NCBI GenBank assembly: GCA_018398765.1
Contig: JAHBMJ010000467.1
Coordinates: 1-47,257 of the forward strand
DNA: 47,257 nt
Direction of reading: 5' to 3'
Source of the DNA: Chromera velia
Lineage: Eukaryota
Made by a program: the position numbers and the translations under genes. The notes below the pieces were generated by a model. It did not search any database. It worked only from the letters and a program-made list of their open reading frames with translations, and was not told where the DNA came from. Of this stretch, positions 12,801 through 26,300 are shown piece by piece (the stretch's first letter is position 1; every line of letters starts with the position of its first letter).

Positions 12801-14575
12801 GTGAGCAACGGCTAGGAGCGACCGAAAGAGAAGAGTGTAAACAGATTGCGGAAGCAACAGGACAATCTGACCTCTCCGAAAGTGGACATGGATATACGAA
12901 TGAATGTAGGTTTCGTGAAATGAGATAAGCAGAATCCGAGGACAAAAAAGGGGAGAGACTTGGGACTGTCTGACTGAGGAGCAGAACAAAACGAGATCGA
13001 GTCTGCATGCGGAGCAAGAGTGGGCCCCCAAAGGGGAATCTGAACAGACGAGCAAAGCAGAGGGAGAGAGAGAGAGAGAGAGAGTTGTAATGGCAAAAAG
13101 ACAGATCTTTTTCCAGACTGAAAGCGAAGGAAAGCAGCACCACCAAAAGCAAGCCTACCGAGTCAGCTCTCTGGGCGAGTAGATGTAGTGAGGCTGCATG
13201 TCCACAACAAATCGCTTCTGAGACTGCGTGTAGAATTCAACCATCGCGGTTGTCAGTGCGTCGGCCTGCCCCCTCAGCTGGGGTGTCAGCTTCAGCATTC
13301 CTCTGTTGAAGGTTCCATAGATCTGTTTCAGCGACTCGTACCCGGGGAAGTCGACAAACATCAAAGGCGCGTGACGAAGGAATCGATCATTCATGGGTGT
13401 CCGCCCAGCGTCAGTCGGGGGATTGCACGCTCCGACAAACTGCACTCTCTCCAGCTTCACCCACTGCCTGTCTGTGGGTCTCCAGAACCCCCCCGCCTCC
13501 GTCAGCTGTCTCATGAACATGATCACCCTCTGCGTCCCGTACTTGTCAGGAGACGGCAGGTTGACCTCGTCACAGAACACGATCAGCCACTTCCCAGGCT
13601 GGACAGGGCGCAGGACGGTCCCATTGGGGGTCTTCACGTACTCGCAGTAGTGGTCAAAGGTCTTCAGCAGCTGCATGCACAAAGAAAAAAGGAAGAAACA
13701 TACAGGCGGGAAGGGAAACGTGCACGAAGAGTTTTTAAAGAAGAAGGAATTTGTACACCCCGAGATCAAATCGGAAGGAAAGGAAGCCACAAAATCAGTC
13801 AAAAAAAAGGGAAGAGGGCACAAACAGAGGCATACAGATCTGAATACATTCAAAGCATCTGCACACACACCCCTATCCCTCTGCTCGCACGCCACGCGGA
13901 ACAGGGAACCAGCCAACCGACCGACCAGCTCAGGAGTCGACCCCGACGAAAAGTTCAAAGACGCCATGTCGACATCTGTCATTGCCTTCAACGTGCTCAT
14001 CAACGTCATTGTCTTCCCGGACCCGGGGGGGCCGCAGAGAACGAACGGCTTCCTCTCTTCCATCCACGCCTGGAGTACCGCCCTGTGCCTCACCGTGTCG
14101 ACGGTGACAATCACCAAATCTGCGTCTGTGACTTCGTTGGCCGAGATTTCCTTCTGCGGCACTCGCTGCCTCCAGTGGTACCACTCTCCGTCCTCCACTC
14201 TCACCTCATAGTCGAGAATGGTGTCCCCCGCGCTCTCCATTCCGTTCGGAAGAGAGATCATCGAGATCGGGGCAATCTCCCGGCAATAGGCGGCACGGGC
14301 AGACAGAGGAAGCCCGCCACCCATGGCCCAGCAGATAGCGAAGAGCAGAAACTGCAGAGAGAGAAGGACGAAAAGCAAAAGCATCATTTCCAATGAGCTC
14401 AAGATCGAGAGAGAGATTTCTGGTGAGGTACTGAGAAGCAGAGCCCCGATTTCTGAGGGGAAACCAATGCGGGACGAAAGAATCAAGAAAGTTCAAAGCC
14501 CGGACGGAGTTTTCTGCAACGTGCCGCCTCTCCCAGCTCTCTCACACACGCGTGCATAAGCACACACACATACTT

Positions 14576-14613
<38 letters not shown>

Positions 14614-17600
14614 TCACTCACTCACAGGCACACACACACTCACACACACACAGACGCGGACCGACTTTTGTGATGTATCTGTCAACGTTATCGTCTGACA
14701 GAGGGAAGTCAGCGTGGCTTTCGTTGTAGTCTACCACGTTCTTCACTCCCTTGCGGACGAGCGAGAAGAGGCCGTCCAGAACCTTCACTCGAGTGAAGGT
14801 CATGATGTGGTCGTACTCATTGGCACGGTCAACCGCCTTTGTCACGAACCCGTTGTGTCCAAAGTAGCGAGGCCACAAAATGTCCACGCACTGGGCACGG
14901 ATGCGCATCTCCATCTCGCTGTGCTGAGACCGACCAAACCCAGCAGTCACTGCACCGGCCGCGGCGTCCTCGTCCTTCTCCTTGTCTCCTCCCGCTGCTG
15001 CCCCGTCTCCCATTTCGCCCTGCAGCTTCTCAGCAGCCTGCTCGGCCTGGTGTTGGGCCTCCAGGTCACCGAACCTGCACGGATGCATGCATGCATGGAT
15101 GCACACAGGGCTTTCATAGTTACTTTCATCCATTCTTATGTGCGTGGGTCCTGTGTCTGGCTGGGGTTAAATGGTCGACTGAAGAGGAGAAGCTGTGCAG
15201 ACGCCAGAGAGGAGGGACATCTTTTTGTATGTAGACGCAAGAGAGGATTGTGCCACGTGGCCGCAGACCCCCAATGGACCCCAGACAGCATTCCATTGCC
15301 ACCACTGAGGGTTTCTATCGCTTTGAAAAGTGGAACAACAATTGAATGAAGACATCAAAATAATAGAATTCTGTGTGCGACTTTGGTTTTTGTCGAGAAG
15401 TCGGATAGATGGCCTGGACTTCTTCTGTGAGAACCCTCATCTTCACCGGTGCACCGACCACTGTTTTCTCTCTTTTTCTTCGGCAAAATCGCACGCAAAT
15501 GCGTACCCCCGTCGACGTACAAGATCCTGGGGTCTTACTGACTTAATCGATGACAGCTCGTTGTGGAAGATCATGTCGTCGGTCACAACGTCTTGGGAGA
15601 ACCACACCATCCCACACCGCGACACAGTCGCGAGGGTGGCATACTTCAGAGTGTCCACCTGGAAGGGGGGAGGGGAAGGGAGGGAGGATATCCGCAAGGG
15701 TTTTAGTCACAGGAAAAGTGCACTCACTGTTTCTTTTTTTACCACAGCCTCTCGCGGCTCTTCAGGCACAATGGGCTGATCATCAATTCTACATCCTACA
15801 CAGATCCTCCCTGTTTCTCTCGAGGCCCCGTTCTTTCTCCATCCTTTTCCTTTCTCCAGACATCAAAGATAAAAGAGAAAGACAACCAAAGAGAAACGTT
15901 CTCCACCCCATCGATCGCCCCTATTCCTACCGACCTCGAACATAATCCGGACATTCGGAGGAATCTGCAGTCGCTCTCCGTTGGGCAGAGTGAGGAGTTT
16001 GTTGTCATCCAGCACAGAGTTCAGGTTCTCTGCCCACTCAGGGTCCACATCTCCATCAAAAACGATCCAGTGCCTCCTGTCCTTCTCTCCTCGGAGGGAC
16101 AGGAGAATCTTTCGGAGAACATCCGTGAACACACCATCGGTCCATTCCAAAGTCGTGGGGTCCAGTTTGCCGTACAATTCGTCCTTTGTGACCGCCTTTG
16201 GGTCTATCACGTACGACTCTCCCTTGACCCCGTCGATCTTCGTCATCGCCTCAAGCAGGACGCGCCACGCAGATGACTTCCCGCTCCCCACAGGACCGAC
16301 CTGGGAAGTCAATGTCACACACACACACACACATTGGATATGTTTATCTTATCTGAGAAGACAATGAATGCACAATCATGCACCATCAACTTCTCTTGCC
16401 AGCAGCGAATTTCCCACTCCGTAAAACAATGGCTTAAGGGGACAAAAATGAAAGCGAGAGCACAGAAGAGCAAGTTGTGCCGTCTTTGAGACGAGAAAAG
16501 TATCTGGATGATCTGCGTACGTAGGCGTATTTTTCTTCGTTCTTGCTGACCGGAAGCAACTTGAATAAGTGAATGAATGACTCACCATCATGTTTCCATG
16601 CGACAGCTTTTGGATCTGGTACAGCTGCAGACACTTCTCGAGCCACCTGTCTGTGCAGAGCAGGTGCTTGAGCTTGCACAGTCTCTTGATCTCGTCTGTG
16701 AGGACCTTCTCCTCGATCGCCACGATGTCTGCACCAGGAAACACCCCCGAAAGAAGAGACCGCAGAAGCGGAATGTCTTGAGCCACCAGTTTGGGCACAA
16801 GTGTGTCGCACACAGACCGAAGGAGAATGTTCTGCTCCCCACTCTCCGTGTTGCAGTTCCTGCAGACAAGCCAAAACAACAGGCAAATCACAGAAGAGGT
16901 TTCCAAGACACCATAGAGTATCCTCTTCTGCACAGTTGCTCATATGCGAGAAGAAAGGAAATTGTTAGCGTATTCCCAATTCCAGAATGCCGAAGTGACC
17001 CATTTGCAACGTCCGTTCACTCACTCAATCATTTACACAAGCTCACTCACTCACTCACTCACTCACTGACTCACTCTGGGTCCATAGCGAGCGCCTGTCT
17101 CTTCACGGAGCCTGCAGAGTTGAGCACAGACTTCAGAGACCTCAGGCCAAAGTCGTAGTGCGGCTGTGCGCTCAGTTGGTTCAGGCAGAGCTCGAACAGC
17201 GACACGATCTTCCCACTCAGCCTCTCTGCTGTACGGAAGCCCTGGGAGTAAAGCATCACCTGCAATGAGGGGGGGGAGCAGAGAGGGGGGGGGCAGGGAC
17301 GGCAATGAATGAAGAGAGAGCAAGCGAAAGATGGGAGAAAGAAATGCAGGGCAGATAGCACACACTCACACACGGGCGTGCGAAAAAATGTGGGAGATCA
17401 ACACACACACACACGTGAGGAGAGAGTAATCCACACAGGAAGAGAGAGACTTGCTTCCGCCCTCCCGAGTCATACCTGTGCGATGAGCTCCTTGTCCGGT
17501 CGCACCATTGCAATTTCTCGGAACAGCTGTTTCAGATTGTCGGGCAGGTTCGACCGCCCTGCGTATCCAGGGTTCATGGTCACAAAGATTCCCATGTGGG

Positions 17601-20600
17601 GATTCAATTTGACCTGCTTGCTCAGCAGTTCGATTTCCTTGTTGTCCTCTTTCAACCCCGTCTGGATCGTCAGGATCTGCTCGGAGACAGCTGACAGGAT
17701 CCTCTCCTCCAGACGGTTGAACTCGTCGAAGCATCCCCAGGCTCCGACCTGAAATTTCAGGGGCAGAAGGAGAACAATCAAAGGGACTCTACGGCTGCAG
17801 AAGGAAAGGCGCTGATAGGCAGACCCCAACAGACAGTGGGACAAAACAAGAATAGAGTGAAGAGTGAAGGTAGGATAACAATTCAGGAAATGTCCGCGAT
17901 TTCTTTCTCTTCAAAAAACTCTACAGCAGATGACGTGAAACGATCATCCGCCTCTCCGACCGACCGACCGACCGGCCAAGAGTGGGGGCAGGTATGCGGC
18001 CAGACAGGGCGTACACGCACACATACGCATGAAGAGAGAGAGGGAGAGAGAGAAAGAGAAAGAGAGAGAGAGGTAAAGAGGGAACACATGCTACAACCTC
18101 CCAGGCCCCCACCTGGCAGAGCCCCACGAAGATTCTTCCCATCGCCTGGAAGTCGAATGCCTCGTCGCAGCAGAACACGAGGACGAAACGCCCCATCTGG
18201 GCTCCCAGAGCCTTCACCGTCTCCGTCTTTCCCGTACCGGCGGGGCCGAAAGGGTTCCCTCCCAACCGCATGTGGAGGGCCTGTGTGAGGGTCAGGTAGC
18301 ATCTGTCCGTCAAGGGTGTCTGCACCAGCTTCTCCCCGATGCCCAGGTACTCCCACCCGTAATCAAACTCCGCATTGGCCATACGGATTTTCAGCTTCCT
18401 CAGAGGGTCGCTCTGCACGGAGAGAGGAGGGAAAGGGCTGTTTTTGTTCTGCGCCAAGGAAAGTAAGTGCGAATAGACGGCAGTGCGAGAGTCTCGACAA
18501 GAATTCCTGAAGGGACTTCCGATGTCGGTCTGACTGCCAGTCTCTTTTCTCCACAGAGGGAAAAATGGCTGACACCACAAAATCTTCTTTTGCATCTGGC
18601 GAAACGAGGACGAACTATCTCTCTATCCTCCCCACTTCTTCATGAATTTTCTTCATTGACTGACTGACTGACCTCTCCGTGCAACCAGTACATGCGCATC
18701 ACCTGCAGCCACTTGAAGTCCTTCTCCGACTTGCAGCCCTGGCGGGTCAACAACCTGCACACATCTCGCTGGTGTACAAGCTCGGTCACAAGCTGCTCGT
18801 ACTTCTGTCGCAACCGCTTCTCAATGTCAAGAAGCACCTGGTAGGCGAGGCAGTTGAGCATCGAGACGGAGCGGCTCTCCACATCCTGCAGCCCCTGCGT
18901 GCCCCCCTTCTGCAGCATCTTCTCTGTCCTGGTGGTCCAGTCGACCTGCACTGCCAGCAGCACAACTTGCGCAGGGAACTTGTTGATCCAGGCAAGGAAG
19001 GACTCCTCGGGAAGGGAATCTCCAGTGGCAGCCGCGACGATCTCCTCGAACTCCTTCACCGCTTTCTGCACACACACACACACACACGATGTATCCGTAC
19101 ATGTAAAGAAAGAGAGCGCGCGATGAGTCCTTGAAATTCCCTTGAGGTTGCGTCACAAGACAGCAGAGGACCAAGTAGGACACAGAGCTGACAGAAATTT
19201 CTTTCGAGTAGGCGAACAAAAAAAAGACCGGCATTGAGAGGAGAAAAAGAGCAGACATACCTCTAAGAGCGCAACGAGAGTGATCTGCATTGCCCTCTCC
19301 ACCCTTCCCAGCCAGGCGTTGATTGCCGGGTCTGCAGAGATCTTGACCATCTCGTTAAAGTGCACGATCTCGCCCTCCTTCGATCCCATGCCCAGGATCT
19401 GGTCGGGGTCTTCCGGGTTCATCTCCAGAGATGTGATTCCTGCACGCACACACACGCGTCATTCCATGTGCTCGTTACTTGATTTTGATGGCAGAGAAGT
19501 GAATGAGGGGATCCTTTCCGTTTCGAAACGGAGAATTTTCACAAGAAATTTGGGTAGGCAGCATCACGGTGGAACCTCACGAACTCATTTAGAGAAGAAA
19601 GTAGGCGTGCTCTTCTTTTCTTTCGCGCCCGACCTCCTGTCTGATGAGTGAAAGAGGGAAAGCTGACAGACAGACCTGCGAACATCTTGTTGAGGTGTCT
19701 CTGCACCACCTTCACGTCCTTAGAGTTTCCGATCATTTCGAGAAGGTCCTCGTCTCCCACAAAGTAGAACCGTGCAAACTGGCTTCTCTGCTTCTCCAGA
19801 TAGTCCCCGAGAGCCTTTTGGATCTTCGAGAGCAATTCGGAGAGACGGTCGAGGGATCTCTGAATGCCCTCAAGGGCTGCGACCTCCAACACCTGCAATG
19901 ACGCAAAAAACCATAATGTCAAGCATTGTCGTGCATCGACAGATGAATGTGCAAACAGACGAATCGTTCGATAAATAAAAGAGTGAAAAGAAGCGAATAC
20001 AAAAAAAACAGAGCTGCGTGGTATTGTGGCCTCAGAGGCCCCGACTTGAAACAACTGTCCGGACGAACACCAGAACCCAACAGAAGCAGGACCAGCAGGG
20101 GCGCTCCATTTCAAATGATTGTGCTCGGTGAAGCAATTCTCACAATGTCGCGCGTCGAAAGAAAAATTCTGTCCCACTCTTAGCGACCGTCTCACTCAAT
20201 TTGTTCTCTCGAGAAAAGGCGCACGCAAGCACCAATCATTGACTTCAGGTATCTGCTAGAACTCTTTCTTTGCTCCTTGTATCTACACCAACGAGGTGAA
20301 GGTAGCTCGTACGCACATCTGCTACTCATCCCATGCAGCCCGTTTGAATACGATTTCTCCGCTTATCATTGTTCTCACGAGAAGAGACTTTCCATAAAGC
20401 TCACCTTGGGTCTCTGCTGGACCTTCTTCATGATCCCCACAAAATCCTGGTCGATCGTCCTGAAACGCGCATACTCGTTCGGAAGCAGAAGCTGGATATC
20501 CGCAGATCCGAAGAAGATCCCCTCCAGGTACACCCACTTCCTCTGGACGTCCATCCAGGCGTCGAAGAGGAGACGGAGCCTGCTCAGCTTCTCGTCCCAC

Positions 20601-23261
20601 GACAGGGCCTCCTCCTCAAACACCTGTATGCATGCGTGCATGCATGTAGGCGACAGCAGGCAGGGAGGGAAGTGTTTTCGAGAGAATTGAGGGGAGACAC
20701 AGCAGAACTAAAAGAGAGAATGGGGGCCGACACCGCATGTATGCAGGGAAGCACAGAGAGAGAAATCTCGGGATCGAAAGAGAAACAGAGGTGCCACATC
20801 TTGGAGTCTCCTGCAAAAGCCCCTCAGGAGGAATGGGAGGGAAAAAAACAGAAAAGTATCAATCAAGCAGACGAAAAGAAGCTTCGCTCCTCGCTCCTGG
20901 TCGATCCCACAAGAAAAAGAAGGGTTTCGGGACTCCATGTCTTTTTGCTCAACTCCTGTGTCTTCGTGCTGAAGAAGAATTCAAAGATAAGAGTGGTTTG
21001 TTTCTATGAGCATGGATCTTTTTGTCTGACCTTGAAGTATGGCGACATTTTCATTGACGACAGCGAATTTTGGTGCTCGTCGATTTGAGTGAAGAGTTCG
21101 TCCCACCCTCTGATGAGACGGGTCTTGTTCTGGTAGGCCACCAGCTCCAATTCGTAGTCGCCCCAGATGTCCTTCACCTGTCTGAGGAATTCCTCCAACG
21201 CCATCTCGCCCTGGGCGTGAGAAAGGACCTCCTTGATCTCGTGCTCGTGATGGGTGATGTCGGCCTCTGCACAGGCACTCGTCAGGCAGTCAGGCAGGCA
21301 GAGAGGTGGTCAGTGAGGCAACCACAAGGATGGCACAAGAAAGCAAAAGGGATCAGCTTGAAAAGAGCATATACAGGACTGATGGGGCCCGCAGTAAGTG
21401 GATGAGTCAATCCACTTTCTTAAGCGAAAACCCATACAGTACACTGGACCAGCAGAACGGAAGAAAAACGATCACGAAAGAAACGGAAATGCAATGGAAA
21501 CCGGACAAGCCTTTATGCATTCCCCGAAGCAGGCAGTCTTTCCATCCCTCCTTCCCTCAGTGAAAGAATTGCTCTCTTCTCACTGACCCCAGAGATGCCC
21601 AAGGGTCAGGTCCTGCACTGGCACCGTCAGTCTGAGTTTCGCAGCCACGCTCTTCCAGTGTCTCTCCTTCAGGGCTTCCGTCTTCATCTCTGTAATCAGT
21701 CTGTTCACGGAGAGGTATCGCTTCAGAGTCTCCTGGAGGTGCTCAAATGCCTCGTACTGCCTCATCTTCGGAGGGAGGTTCTTCAGCTTTCCGAGAACCT
21801 CCTCGATGCCTTGACGGACCTGCAGACAGACGAAACGCTCAGTGAATGCTGTCTGATCAAGACTTCGAAAGCAAAACTCAAAGAGTATCACTGCTCTCCA
21901 AGCATGTCCAAGCTGCTCTAGAGAAACTGCTCAAACACTCGACCAACCGCACTAACTCATTTAGTCTCGCAGACCAGGGGCGTCTAACAACAACCAAAGT
22001 TTGCTTCTCTTCAAACCAAGTTGACACAAAGCATTCTCTCTTCCTTTCTCCCCCTTTCCCTACAAGGTAGCAAAACAAACATCACAAGCTTGAGTCATCC
22101 GCAAACCAACCTTCTTGGGCACCACCGCCGACCAAGGCGTCTCCTTGAGAGCTTCCAGGGATCCGTAGACAGAAGAGAGCTCGCTCCAGACGCCCTTGAG
22201 GTTTGTCAGCTCCTCCCCGAGAGGAGTCAACACCTCCGCGTTGGACAATTCCATCTCAAGGGCTTCCTTTGCGCTTCGGACTTTGTCAAACTCCCCGCGG
22301 ACCTGCAGGACGCGACCCCACACATACCAAATGTAAGCTACAAAGAGATGGAAGTATTCAATAGAGTGCACACGTCGACTCATGTGCAGTCATACAAGTG
22401 CACCTGGGCCTTCTCTTGGCTGCAGGGCGCTTTCCCAGAACTTCTGCTGCACGCTCCCCCGCCCTTCCTTTTTCCTGTCATTTCTTTCAGCCCCTTCTTC
22501 ATTCACGCTGCATGGGCTCTGCATGCCTTCTTTTTCTCCTCTTACCCTCTTTCCCCTTTTCCTTCATTTTCCCTCGCCCTGCCATGCACTCGCTGACCTT
22601 CTCAAGCCTCTGTTCGAACAACTTGATCTGGTCCATGGCCTGCACGGGCCTGACGTCTCCTTGGAGGGGCTTGGCGCCTGCCCACTCTGCGTAGAGTTTT
22701 TTGATCTTCTCATCCAGCACGCGGTCTTGCTGAATGATCAGAGCCTTCAGGGTCGGGATCTCACGCTCCATCAGGGTCACCTGCACACACACACACACAC
22801 AGTCACACATAAAGCAAAACAGAACACAGGGGGTTGCGGCACGACAGGTTGTCATTGCTCGAGGCTTTGTCTGCTGGGTCTTTGTCCCTTTTAGTGCGCG
22901 GCAATGGCAAGGCAACGTGATTCAGAGAATGGAAAAGACCCAGTAGTCATGGCAGAGGAGAAGGACTTTGAAACAACTGCTTTGAAGCAAAGCAACTCAC
23001 TGACCCTTCTGTGCAGAATTTGTTCGAAGGCGCTCCATTCTCCTTCCACCCTGTCCAGTCCCATCCACTCAGCAGGGAACTGGAACCTCTGTCTGTCGAG
23101 AAGCCGCTGGGATGACCTCAAGTGGTCCAGCTGGGCATTCCAGGCAGCAGCCTTGTGCCGTACCTGCACATGCAAAAAAGGAGCAACGAACAAATCAACC
23201 GTCTTTGCTCGATTCGTTCTGTATTTCCGCACATTCTGCCATCAGCGGAGGGCCCGAGAAC

Positions 23262-23327
<66 letters not shown>

Positions 23328-26300
23328 AGAGAGACTCGGAGACAGCGAGGGAACGAAAACACACAACAAAAGGCGAGGAGGAAAGTGAGATCCATCCACT
23401 GAAGATGATTTGATTCCACAAAAGCCGGTATCTTCCTTTTCGACCTACCTCCTGCACTGCCGTGACGAAAGCAGTGACTTCATCTGCCCCGCCCTCGTTC
23501 GTGACTTGCTCGAGGAGGAATCTGCTCTGCTGAACGTTCGTGTAGAAGACCCCCATCTGCTCTCCCACCTTCCCTCCAAAGGCATTGAGAATGTCACGAT
23601 GCCAGGCGTCGTACTTGTTGTTCACCTGAAGGATGAAGGAGAAGCAGAAGAGAAAATGGAGGTCCGATTTTCTGTCTCCAAGATTCTCCAGGCACCTTTC
23701 TCTCTCAATCCCGATCGTGCCAACTGTTCAATCACTCTCAAGGTTTGATGCAAATTGAAAGAAAAGTCCGCAGAGGAAACATTGTGGTGCTGTCAGGAAA
23801 AACGAAGCAATGCAAGGAATCTGTGATCGCTCAACACCAACCTTTGCCTGGACCTGAGAGTAGTCGATGACCATCGCCCCAAACGTCTTCTGGACCTCAG
23901 AATTGTCGAAGGTGCTCCTCGCCGCCTTAATGTCTGACAGCAGCTGCTGCCAGAGTTCGATGTCGTCACCCAACCGCTGGGAGACGGAAGAGTGCTCGAT
24001 GTCCCACAACGCCTGGTACTGGAGCCAGGACTGGACGTACGTCTCCATGCGCTTGATGCACTCTGCAGCAGGAGGGACGGGGGAATGGGGTGAGCATCTT
24101 ATGAATGTATATTCATTTTTTCGTGATGCGCTCTGCAGAGAGCTTGCGACAGAAAAAACAAAGCCGACAGCGGAAAATTTGTCCATGCAGGAGAAGTCAG
24201 CAACAAAAACACAAAGAGCACTTTTGCTTGGTATGGTCTGGGGCTCTCAAGGAGAAGGCGCACTCGCGTCTCCGATGGAGTGAGCTAGTTGGACTTCCCT
24301 TTTCTGTCACCGTCCTTCCCGTCCGTCTGTTTGTTGTCTCTGCTCTTCATCGCTGCTGTGAATGCGTCTGGACGACCTTTTCGGCTGTTTACCGTCCGCA
24401 TACACACACAGACAAAAGTCAAAATGTAAGGAAGGAGGGAGGCACCCACCCTCGATAGCGTCGTATGCGTTCTGGAGGGTCTGCTGCTCGACCTTCCCAA
24501 TGATGTCTTGGTAAGTCTTCTTCTCCTTCTCCTCCTCCTCGTCCACCTCCCCAGCAGCCTGGGTGGCCGTGCCCCGCTGGAAGGCATCGTATCGAGCTGC
24601 CTGGAGACGAGGCAGACCGCAGAGCTGAGCGACAGCCCCATGGAACGCGTGGGTCCAGGACTGGCGTGCAGACTCCACTGGTGGATCCAGATACATCGTC
24701 TGAGAAAAGAGTAGCAGGGAGGGGGCAGAATCAACGATCATCATCATAAGGAACAGAGAGGAGGGCGGAGGTAGTTGTGTGACAGATTTCTCTTTCTTTG
24801 GGAAGGCATTTGAGGGGCACTACCTCTTTTCTACTTTCTTGCTAGGCAGATAGACAAGAAGACCTTTCAACTGTCAGTAAACGAAAAGTCATCGATCTCA
24901 ATCACACCATTCTACTGTTATGCCGTCTCCGTCCATCTAGGACTTCCCTTCCAAATGTCCCCCCAACTACCACCCACCCCGCCTCTTGTGCCTGCCGACC
25001 TGATAGGTCATTTTGAGTTCATGGAGTGTGCCCTCCCCAATCAGACCCGAGAGGCCGGTGCCAGATGAATCCACCGCCTTCTCGCGCTCTCGGAGGTCCC
25101 TCCCTCTTCCCCCTCCAGGCGCCCCCTCTTCAGGTCCGTCAACTTCGGGCCAGGAGAGGAAGTGGCGCACCCAAGCCTTGACCAACTCCTCCAGACGACG
25201 GGCAAGGATGCCTTCAATCTCTGCATCGAGAGTCTGAACCCACCCGTCGAGGTTGCTGAAGGACTGCAAGTTCAGATCATCCAAAATCTTCTGGATCCTG
25301 TCAATCGCGGAACGGAAATTGAGGGCGGAAAATCCAGAGCCCCCAGCAGCGGGTGATGCATCTCCGGTGTTGTCTCGTTCTCTTCCTTTGGTGTGGAATC
25401 TGGAAGGGCCACTGCGCCCCTCTCCGTGCATGCTTCTGGTGTCGTCTGCCTGTCCTGACTGTGAGGTCAGGGGGATGGTCTTCAACCCCTCGATTTCCTT
25501 CCGGATGTTCTCTGTCGAGGCGAGGAGCTCAGAGACTTTGTCGTGGAAGAGGAACACGACGTCGGCAAACTTTCGGGAGAAAGTCTCCAGACGCTCTGAG
25601 TCCCACCGAAGGCCGATGCCGTCCTGGTTTCATCAGACGCATGCAGTCGAAACAATATAAAAAAAGAGAACAAGGGGAAAGGGAAGAAAGCAACCGGGAA
25701 TCAGGTCGAATCAGATGTAAGATCGACATGCGGAAACCGTCGGAACAGTCGCTCGCAAACTCTGGGCCGTTTTTTGCGATTTGGGGAGGTAGAGAAAAGG
25801 TCTTGCGGAGAAGTATTTTTGAGCAAAGTCACTGACTGACCTGAAGGCAACTTTACCGATTGACCGACTGACATTTTCATGGGCAACGTCTCACTACCTT
25901 TAACACGCTAACAAACTTCGAGGGCAGGTCCGCTATCAGAGTAAACAAAAAATCATTAGTTCTCGAGAGTCACTGGACTCCCTACCTGACAGCCCGCCCA
26001 CCTACACACCTGACTGACCATGATGCTCGCGTGAACGTCGAGCTGGTACGATGCCACCAGGGGTGCAATCTCCCCTGCGACCTTCTGTGCAGTCTGCATG
26101 TAGGTTCGCACCGACTCCTGAAGCGTCATTGCGAACGGGTAGTTCAACTTGGCCTCGTCTGAGGTCACCTTCACGGAGTAGGGCACGCGGTTCTGGAGAA
26201 AGCCCTGGTTCCGCACCTGCAATACTCACAGCAGAGAGAAGAAGACACCATTTACGCATTCATGAATAGAAAGAAGTACATGGTCCCGTAGGAAGGTTCT

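Noticed and set aside
1675..14396. Long plus-strand ORFs such as 1675-2775, 5015-5734 and 13188-14396
   Set aside because: Antisense shadows of dynein exons; no independent motifs.
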